Positions 57,101 to 64,000 of a DNA stretch of 64,000 nt are shown here, piece after piece. The stretch covers positions 62,001-126,000 of IMG/VR virus record IMGVR_UViG_3300009537_002640; one strand, 5' to 3'. The notes below the pieces were generated by a model. That model made no database searches, had not been told where the DNA came from, and saw only the letters and a program-made list of their open reading frames with translations. Each line of letters begins with the position of its first letter. The first letter of the stretch is position 1. Made by a program: the position numbers and the translations under genes.

Positions 57101-59620
57101 TTAGTTTTCGGCCCCGCCAGCCTCAACTTCCCTGATTACTTTTTTGATATGCTCGTCATCTACACTAATAGATACTGATTCCTTATCAGCTACTACCTTA
57201 AGCTTTATCTCTTGCTCTACAGGTTCAGACTTAAACTTCAGCCTAATTTGTTCCTGTTGCCTTCTTATTCCCCCGGCTCTTTCTGCAGTTTCCCTTACTG
57301 GAGCCTGTGGACGTTGGCCTCTTCCTACTAATGCATTAAGCTGTTCTCTCTGTTCTTGTGGACGCCTTGCTTGTCGCTCTGTGGTTTCTTCCCCTCTACC
57401 TTGAAGTTGTTGTAGTGCTGCTCTTCCGCGCTGTTGCTCTCGCCTATCTTGAGGACGACGCTCTAACCTACCTGAGCGCATTTCTTTTGCAGACACCTCG
57501 TCTATAGTGCGGCCTGTTGTTGCCCTTTCCGCAGCATTAATAAACTGCTGCAATGATGCCTTCTCTCTTTCTTCAGCATCTGTTGGGCCACCTTCTCGTT
57601 TACCAGCCCTACCAAGTTGATTTAATCTGTCTCGTAAAGGCTCCAAGGTTCTTTGTATAGCGGCCATTGCACCAGGGCTAGAAGTATCTCTGCCCCTAGC
57701 CTGCATGCGAGATAGTTGCTGAGCCAACCTATTATTAGCAGCAACCATGAGATTTCTACCCTCTCCCGGTTGCGCCTGAACAGCAGTTTGCCTCATGGCT
57801 TGTGCACCAGCGTTTCTTTGAATGTTATTTAGAACACTATCTATATCTGGAACCTGTCCTTTTGCTCCGACGTTTTGCATCATTTCTTGTTCACGACGTT
57901 GCTGTACTCTTTGTGGGACACCAGCTTGAGCGACCTGCTCTCTAAACTGATGGCGTTGGTCAGCAGTCATATCTTCTGATTCACCAGTCCCCAAGGTTGC
58001 CAGTGTAGTATTCATAGCCTCTACAGCTTGAGTAATGCCAAGGCCACGTGATAAGTCTCTAATAGCTCCTATGACTAACTTACCTGATGACATCACTGCT
58101 CTTTCTTGGTCACGACTAGCATTATCTATAGCCGACACTGTTGCATTTTTAGTACTCTCACCAGATTTCATAAGGTCATTTAAGGTTTCCTGTGTATCAC
58201 CACCAACAGTCATTCCATTCTTATCTACGTCTTTAAGAATACCTAACATTTGATTTGCTGAAGCTTGATCAACCCCAAGCATTTGTTGTAGCAATTGTCT
58301 TTGTACTATGAAATTTCTTTCCAGTGCAGGGTCAGCCATAGCTTCTTCTCTTGTTATTACACCTTGGCCACCACCAAATTGATTTAGGGCTTGAATTAAG
58401 TTAGCACTTACTTTTTCCATACCTTCACCGGTTTCTAAGGCTGCTTCCATCTGTAGTCCTGCACCTATAGCAGTTCCACCGCCTCCAGCACCGCCTGCCA
58501 TACCCCCTATAGTTCCTAATAGGGCACGTGTACTAAGCCCCATCTTCTGAAGTCCGCCAACATATTGGTTCATTAAATCAGTAGCCAGTCCTTTTCTGCC
58601 TTCACCTAATGAAGCTACAAAAGATTTAAAAACAGGGGTAACTGATGCTATTGTTCCGCCCCACATTTTAAGAGCGCCAGCAGAACTCATTACCGCCTGA
58701 GATACTTGGTTAAAAGTTAGTTCGGAGTCTTTTGCAGCGTCAGCAATTAGTGCTATTGAGTTTCCAGCATCCTGTACCTTTTCTCCCAGCTCCAAATGGG
58801 CTTTACCAAGAATATTAGCCATTTGAGAAGCTTCCATGCCAGTAGCAGCCGCTGTTAATAATGCTAAATTTGTAAGATTCATAGCGCTTTGAACCCCAGC
58901 GCTTGCTTCGGTCAAATTGTTTAGATTGCCTACCATTTCTGTAGTGTCGAACGCAGCAGCTAATGCTTCTCGTACCTGTAGAACTTCTTGAGCAGAAGCC
59001 CTAGTGGTTTGAATGGAGTCTGCCAAAGTGCTCTTAAATATTTCTGTACTTTGTGCAGCGGCGTCAAAGCTTTTACCAAATGCTTGCCCAGCTTTCAAGG
59101 CAGCAGCATCGGCAGCCTTCAAGTCTTTCTCTATAGTAAAAACCCCTACGCCTAATACTTTACTGCTAAGATCATCAAGAGTCTTTATCCCAGATTTCCC
59201 TAGACCAGTCATAGCTATATCTGCAGCGCCTATTGCTGCAGGCACAGTTCCACCAAATACTTCTTTTACATGTTCCCCGGCACTCTTTATGGAATCTCTA
59301 ACCATAGTTACAGCTGTGGCTACAGTTCCGGCCCCTATACTACTAGCATCTAACTTCTCAAACATCTGCCCAAAATCTACCAATGAGCTTTGTGCATTCT
59401 CAGCAGTAGTGCCCATGTTTGATAATGAAGATATAACTGTTTGTATTACAGCACTAGACGCTCCCATCTTCATGAGAGTTTCTATAAGAGATTTGGCCTT
59501 AGCACTAACACCTTCAAGCTTGGCACTCATGTCGCCAAGACTATTATTGGTGCCCTCTACTTGACCTGTTTCTAGAGGGGGCTGCTGTCCCTCAGCTGGC
59601 TGTTGGGTTTCCTCAGGCAT
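57101..59620 (-). CDS. Tape measure protein
   Basis: 839 aa, Ala/Gly/Ser-rich and helical; located after the chaperone pair and before baseplate genes. Confidence 0.8.
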   Translation of the reverse strand: MPEETQQPAEGQQPPLETGQVEGTNNSLGDMSAKLEGVSAKAKSLIETLMKMGASSAVIQTVISSLSNMGTTAENAQSSLVDFGQMFEKLDASSIGAGTVATAVTMVRDSIKSAGEHVKEVFGGTVPAAIGAADIAMTGLGKSGIKTLDDLSSKVLGVGVFTIEKDLKAADAAALKAGQAFGKSFDAAAQSTEIFKSTLADSIQTTRASAQEVLQVREALAAAFDTTEMVGNLNNLTEASAGVQSAMNLTNLALLTAAATGMEASQMANILGKAHLELGEKVQDAGNSIALIADAAKDSELTFNQVSQAVMSSAGALKMWGGTIASVTPVFKSFVASLGEGRKGLATDLMNQYVGGLQKMGLSTRALLGTIGGMAGGAGGGGTAIGAGLQMEAALETGEGMEKVSANLIQALNQFGGGQGVITREEAMADPALERNFIVQRQLLQQMLGVDQASANQMLGILKDVDKNGMTVGGDTQETLNDLMKSGESTKNATVSAIDNASRDQERAVMSSGKLVIGAIRDLSRGLGITQAVEAMNTTLATLGTGESEDMTADQRHQFREQVAQAGVPQRVQQRREQEMMQNVGAKGQVPDIDSVLNNIQRNAGAQAMRQTAVQAQPGEGRNLMVAANNRLAQQLSRMQARGRDTSSPGAMAAIQRTLEPLRDRLNQLGRAGKREGGPTDAEEREKASLQQFINAAERATTGRTIDEVSAKEMRSGRLERRPQDRREQQRGRAALQQLQGRGEETTERQARRPQEQREQLNALVGRGQRPQAPVRETAERAGGIRRQQEQIRLKFKSEPVEQEIKLKVVADKESVSISVDDEHIKKVIREVEAGGAEN

Positions 59621-59623
59621 TCA

Positions 59624-60060
59624 TTACTCCAGGTCTAAATTCATCCAATCCTTGTAAGTTGTTTTTGAAGTTTCTGGCGCGGTAGTTATCGCCTTGTAAT
59701 GTTGCATTGCTGCTTTGGGGTCAACAGAGTGTATCTTACCATCTGCTTTCTTAACACTACCAAGGTCAATATCTCTACCACCAATACTCTTGATAGCACT
59801 TCGTAGATTGTCATCTGTAACTTCAACTGCGCGATCTCTAGCCGATACTATTTGTCTCACTGCTTCTGGCTCTATGAAACTAGCTAGATACTCAGTCATG
59901 TTCCTTCTACTTTCGAAATCTTCCTTATCGTCCTGCATGAAGTTATAGTGGTACCATAGCCACTGTGCATCATTCAGTCGCTCAAATAGGCTGTGGTCCA
60001 TAGGCACGTGCCACAATTTGCAAAGCTTCCAGCGGAGCCTGTGCCAAGGCTCCTTTATGA
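59624..60060 (-). CDS. Tail assembly chaperone, C-terminal (-1 frame) part of the frameshift fusion (lambda gpT-like)
   Basis: The -1 frame is open from the slippery site (LIKEPWHRLRWKLCKLWHVPMDH...). The track's TTG start has no convincing RBS. Confidence 0.8.
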
Positions 60061-60070
60061 GTTTTTTAAA
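60034..60070 (-). promoter_or_regulatory. Programmed -1 ribosomal frameshift signal (slippery site + stem-loop)
   Basis: GAT TTA AAA AAC TCA TAA (T TTA AAA / A AAA AAC), then a 7-nt spacer, then GGAGCCT-TGGCAC-AGGCTCC. Confidence 0.85.
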
Positions 60071-60690
60071 TCTTCACCTTGAACAAGCTTCTGACTCTCC
60101 TCTACCATGTCAGAATAAAGCTCATACATCTTTTCCACTACTGTAAGCTGAAGATTATCAACTATCTCCTTCCGTCTATACAAATCGCTATCAAATGTTC
60201 CATCTACCTCTATTTCATTTAAGCTGACGCCGTTTATAGACTTAAGAGCTAGAGCCATTGTTAGTGTTTTGATTATGAGCACGTCTGTGGAATCTCCAAG
60301 GCCATATAGCTCTTTAACAACCATATTATGCTCTTTATTTGTCAGAGTAGATAATTCGTATTTATTGCCAGCTAACACAAACTCTTTTTGCACCCTGCCC
60401 GCAAATAGCAAATCTTCCAATGTCTTCTTGGACATTTTGCTTTTAACTGTGGTATTAGAGTATGGTGCTGGAGTTGATGGCTGACTATAACTCTTCTGAG
60501 CACCTGTTTCAAATTGTCTTAATCGTTCCTCTAGCGGATCCACTTCTTCATCAACATCCTCCTGCTGAAAAACCTGAGACTCTTCCATCTCAGGGTCGCC
60601 ACTGACGTCTTCAACAACAAATGTTTCTGGTGGATTTTGGACGGAGGTATCCCGTCCCTTCCGCATTGAGGGATGTGTAATCTTAACCAT
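60055..60690 (-). CDS. Tail assembly chaperone (lambda gpG-like)
   Basis: Lies between tube and tape measure; LALKSING..; ends EDLKNS at the slippery site; GGAGG RBS. Confidence 0.8.
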   Translation of the reverse strand: MVKITHPSMRKGRDTSVQNPPETFVVEDVSGDPEMEESQVFQQEDVDEEVDPLEERLRQFETGAQKSYSQPSTPAPYSNTTVKSKMSKKTLEDLLFAGRVQKEFVLAGNKYELSTLTNKEHNMVVKELYGLGDSTDVLIIKTLTMALALKSINGVSLNEIEVDGTFDSDLYRRKEIVDNLQLTVVEKMYELYSDMVEESQKLVQGEDLKNS

Positions 60691-60781
60691 ATCTTCCTCC
60701 TATGTGATTATACGGGTAAAAGGTGAAAGGTGGGTAACCTATCATTTGTGATCCTTACTTTATAAAAACAAATAATGGTTA

Positions 60782-61453
60782 TTACTCTGCAAAGAATGAA
60801 TTGACTAGTCCAGCCGCACTTAGAGAACCTAGACGTGCACCTGTGTTAACCTCACGTTCAACTCCACCACCATCAGTTTGGGCCTCGATACCACGTAGTC
60901 CGCCAGAAGCCGGGATGTCTGCACCCTGACCTAAGCCGCTACCGATAAACGCACTCTCTGCCCAAATATTGGCAGTTTCTGTAATGATGTAGTTGTCTGC
61001 TGCATAAGGAGTCTCATAAGTTTGGAACCAGCAATTCTTGTATGTCATAGTAATAACATTTGCGTCACTTGCAGGATCATCACCCAACCTGGCATTTTCA
61101 TCCGCATTAGTGATATCGAACACTTCGATATCGAACGGTACACGCTGGGAAGCTATGAAACGGAAACCACGAGAAAATGCTTCGGGCAAACGAAGCAAGT
61201 CAAACACAACACGCTCAACTCTCAATTCATAAGTGGTCGCACCATTAGGTACGATTTCAATAACGCCGTCAGTTCCAATTTCTTGGATACGCTGCAACGG
61301 ACGATTTTGCGTAACGCTCAATCGCTGAAGTGCACCGACAGGGTTGTTACCAACCTTGATGATAATCTGAGTTGATAGTGTTGAAGCAGTTCGTGGACTA
61401 CCATTATTGGCATCCAAAGTTGTGCCCGTATTAAGTGGTAAAAGATCTGCCAT
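60782..61453 (-). CDS. Tail tube protein
   Basis: Follows the sheath gene. VGALQRLSVTQNRP...EIG...EIVP, PFDIEV, YKNCWF..Y..PY.ADNYIITE. Confidence 0.82.
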   Translation of the reverse strand: MADLLPLNTGTTLDANNGSPRTASTLSTQIIIKVGNNPVGALQRLSVTQNRPLQRIQEIGTDGVIEIVPNGATTYELRVERVVFDLLRLPEAFSRGFRFIASQRVPFDIEVFDITNADENARLGDDPASDANVITMTYKNCWFQTYETPYAADNYIITETANIWAESAFIGSGLGQGADIPASGGLRGIEAQTDGGGVEREVNTGARLGSLSAAGLVNSFFAE

Positions 61454-61481
61454 TGTTGATATCTCCTATTAGATATATAGT

Positions 61482-64000
61482 TTATAGTAAGCCAACGCTA
61501 ATGTCTACAAATATCCAGTTGACTGGGAAGGTCGGCTGAACTTCTACACTTACATTCCACTGTCTTGGCTCAACCTCGTCACGCTGTACGTTTAGATTTT
61601 GATATGCCGTGATGAGACCTTGAGCGTTCATAGCTTGCAACGCTTTAGTAACTGTAGTTGTGATAGATGCTGTCAAGGTTGGATCTTCGGGAATACCGAT
61701 GAAGCCTCTTAGCACGCTTCGAAGAACCGTAGCAACACGGTCTCGAATGAACACAACTGAAATTTCTTCTTCTTCTGGTGCGCCACTTGCTACGGTTGTT
61801 CTACCGAATAGAACCTGTCCGCCGCCTGTGACTGGTTGCACCACTGTAGCACCAGCATTACCAAGCTCATTACGTAGCTGCGGTGAAAGCAACTTATCAC
61901 GTAGAATGGTAAAGCCAGTTAAAATCTTACGGGTTAGCGGTATTGCAATATTTGGTTGTGCTGCCATATAACCTGCTGCAGCTGCCGCCATGTAAAAACC
62001 ATGAATGAATGTTCTGGTTCCATTAATCGGTCGAACAATTTGATCCGGCCAGAAGTAAACAGTACGGAAGCTTGTTCCATAATTGGTAGTTATGTTGTAA
62101 TCCTGGAGGTCTTCAATGTTACCAGCCAATACTTCTTCTGGGTCATCACCTTGAACACCTTCGATTACACCAACATCTTCTGCTGCAACCAATTCTCGTC
62201 CAACCAAAGCTGCGTTGGTAACGCCTGCTTGCGCACCGATAAACAATATACGCTCACGCTGATTAGCTGTATTACTCATTAGCTCAACGTGACTACGACC
62301 TGCTTGCTGAATTGCACTGAAGGCCAAGTTTGGTAGAGGGACAACAATCTGGCAATCAATAGCCTCAAGAGCTTCATATGCAGAAGCCCAGTTGTTATCA
62401 AAGAAATCAGCATCATCTATATCAATGTAAGATGCTCTGATACCATCTCTACGACGGATAGCTCCGCTGGTTACCAAGTCCTTAGTGAACAGTACCCTGG
62501 CAGACTGGTCAGCATTATCTACTAACTCCCATCTCAAGTTAGATAGGCTTGCAGTGAAAGGCAATGTGCCACCAGCACTTGGGTTGGTAAGAGTAACTAT
62601 AGTATCATCACCACTTCCGTCTCCGACAGAGGCAATATCATAAACACCTGCAACATCACTTGCATCATTACCGAATTTATCTCTACTTAGAATTCTAATG
62701 GATTTTAGAGTGTCGGCTTCGCCTGCTTCGATATTGAAAGATGAGAATGAAGCAGAGTCGGCTGAAAAGGTACTTCCACCAACAGTAGTGACACCATCAT
62801 CACCCTCGTCCTCAACTTCACCATCAAGAATTACAGTGTAACTATAGGTGTAGTCTGGACTGTCTACAAAGTTATTGAACGGGTCAGCAGTAATAACTGA
62901 ATCGTAGAAACCAACTTTTGTTGGGAACAGCTGAGTCTCTTCTCCAGAATCTCTATCAATCACGAAGAGATTAACCGCAGTATCAGTATCTGGTCTGCCA
63001 TTATCCAGAGTGTAACGGAAAGCATCTAAGTCATCAGATGCGACCGGAGTTCCAACTGGTGGGAAACCTTCCTGCTCATCTGAAAGAGGATCGTCTCTCT
63101 CAATCACCACTTCGCTTGTACGACGTGGTAGGGGTGGTCTTGCCTGAAGCGCAATCAAACCGAATGCGCCGTTCTCAAATGCCATAGCTGCACCGAGTGA
63201 AAGTGTATTATCCTCAGATGGCTGTCCGTGTTTTGCAAACAATGCGTTTGCATCTACGAAGAACTCTGGGTCATACAAATCTTGTGCCGCTATGTATCGT
63301 GCTTCTAGAGTATCTCCTTGCTGCAGAACACCGCTTGCTACACGAATAGTATAGCGGTCCCCACGCTCATAAGGAGTTACGCCCTCTGTAATAGCGATTC
63401 TTAGAATGCCGTTATCTCTCACAACACCGTCGCTTATAAATACAACTGGTGCGCCATAGGCATCGGTAGGTTGGCCAGACTCTGAACCGACTGCGGTAAA
63501 TACAGCATTACCAGAAACAGGGTCACCGTATGCATCGCGAATTACGCTTGTTACACGAAGGGTCCATGTTTCTGTGGGGGCATTTGCATCAATTAGCTCT
63601 AATGTGGAAACAGAACCGTCACCTACATTACTTGAGCCTGGTGCAGCAAATACACCTCCCTGATCTACCAAAGCAGCCCTTTGCAACTCAAATCGTCCTG
63701 TGGTTGGCTCAAGACGTGCGTCGAACCGTCCATCGAATGCATCAAGGTCAATAGTGTCCTCAAGAATCCTTAGTGGGATTCCGTTCTTTAACAGTGATGT
63801 TCTTCGTGGGGTCAAGCTAGTCTTTGATAAGACAAAGTGACGTCCGTCTGGGGCATTCGCTGCCTGATAATTGGGATTTACACCGTCTGCTCCGCCACCT
63901 TCGGCTTCTAGCACGACGGTTTCTTGGGCTTCACCCAATCCGACAATTGCAGCAATACGAAGTCCACCCGGGATGGAAACTGCTCTGCGGATTGTTCGAA
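61482..64000 (-). CDS. Contractile tail sheath protein (5' end beyond the window)
   Basis: HVELMS..ERI, AAAAAG..PLTRK, EISVVFIRD, VEVQPTFPVNWI. The frame is open from 63938 to the window edge (RTIRRAVSIPGGLRIAAIVGL). Confidence 0.9.
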   Translation of the reverse strand, partial: RTIRRAVSIPGGLRIAAIVGLGEAQETVVLEAEGGGADGVNPNYQAANAPDGRHFVLSKTSLTPRRTSLLKNGIPLRILEDTIDLDAFDGRFDARLEPTTGRFELQRAALVDQGGVFAAPGSSNVGDGSVSTLELIDANAPTETWTLRVTSVIRDAYGDPVSGNAVFTAVGSESGQPTDAYGAPVVFISDGVVRDNGILRIAITEGVTPYERGDRYTIRVASGVLQQGDTLEARYIAAQDLYDPEFFVDANALFAKHGQPSEDNTLSLGAAMAFENGAFGLIALQARPPLPRRTSEVVIERDDPLSDEQEGFPPVGTPVASDDLDAFRYTLDNGRPDTDTAVNLFVIDRDSGEETQLFPTKVGFYDSVITADPFNNFVDSPDYTYSYTVILDGEVEDEGDDGVTTVGGSTFSADSASFSSFNIEAGEADTLKSIRILSRDKFGNDASDVAGVYDIASVGDGSGDDTIVTLTNPSAGGTLPFTASLSNLRWELVDNADQSARVLFTKDLVTSGAIRRRDGIRASYIDIDDADFFDNNWASAYEALEAIDCQIVVPLPNLAFSAIQQAGRSHVELMSNTANQRERILFIGAQAGVTNAALVGRELVAAEDVGVIEGVQGDDPEEVLAGNIEDLQDYNITTNYGTSFRTVYFWPDQIVRPINGTRTFIHGFYMAAAAAGYMAAQPNIAIPLTRKILTGFTILRDKLLSPQLRNELGNAGATVVQPVTGGGQVLFGRTTVASGAPEEEEISVVFIRDRVATVLRSVLRGFIGIPEDPTLTASITTTVTKALQAMNAQGLITAYQNLNVQRDEVEPRQWNVSVEVQPTFPVNWIFVDISVGLL

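Noticed and set aside
60691-60781. Promoter upstream of the tail chaperone (TATAAT at 60707-60712)
   Set aside because: A good -10 but no credible -35 or extended -10. It may be real but cannot be supported.
626-63754. All plus-strand ORFs in the track (e.g. 52181..52909, 59013..59564, 44865..45386)
   Set aside because: They are antisense shadows of long minus-strand genes, with no recognisable motifs.
32995-64000. Extracellular contractile injection system / tailocin instead of phage
   Set aside because: The G/GT-type chaperone frameshift, long tape measure, absence of an Afp15-like ATPase and the phage-like small ORFs favour a phage. Head genes are not in the window, so this is not proven.
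1-64000. Alternative genetic code, inteins/introns, tRNAs, CRISPR arrays
   Set aside because: Genes are full length under code 11. No intein or intron-like interruptions, cloverleafs or spaced repeats were noticed by eye, and intergenic space is minimal.

Overview
This window looks like part of a large myovirus-type (probably jumbo) bacteriophage genome. Every credible gene is on the minus strand, and genes are tightly packed. Reading in the direction of transcription (64000 to 1), about 31 kb (33-64 kb) is a contractile-tail module: sheath, tube, a tail assembly chaperone pair joined by a clear -1 frameshift signal, tape measure, hub, spike, gp25-like, baseplate J-like, a 2185-aa LamG-bearing wedge, and a 940-aa dockerin-bearing protein. 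The next 33 kb or so (1-33 kb, continuing past the window edge) is a glycan-building cluster. It has about 13 glycosyltransferase-like genes, an apparently complete pseudaminic/legionaminic-type nonulosonic acid pathway (PseB/C/H/G/I/F-like), a second NeuB/NeuA/HAD set, GlmS, and acetyl-, methyl- and pyruvyl-tailoring enzymes. No flippase, polymerase, ABC exporter or lipid-carrier initiating transferase is visible. My best reading, which is inference, is a phage-encoded, lipid-independent system that glycosylates the virion with sialic-acid-like sugars. Other notable points are an IS607/MerR-type HTH fused to the PseB-like dehydratase, a family of four tandem mini-ORFs (two missing from the ORF track), and a possible frameshift pseudoknot. 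All family assignments come from motif recognition by eye; no database searches were run.
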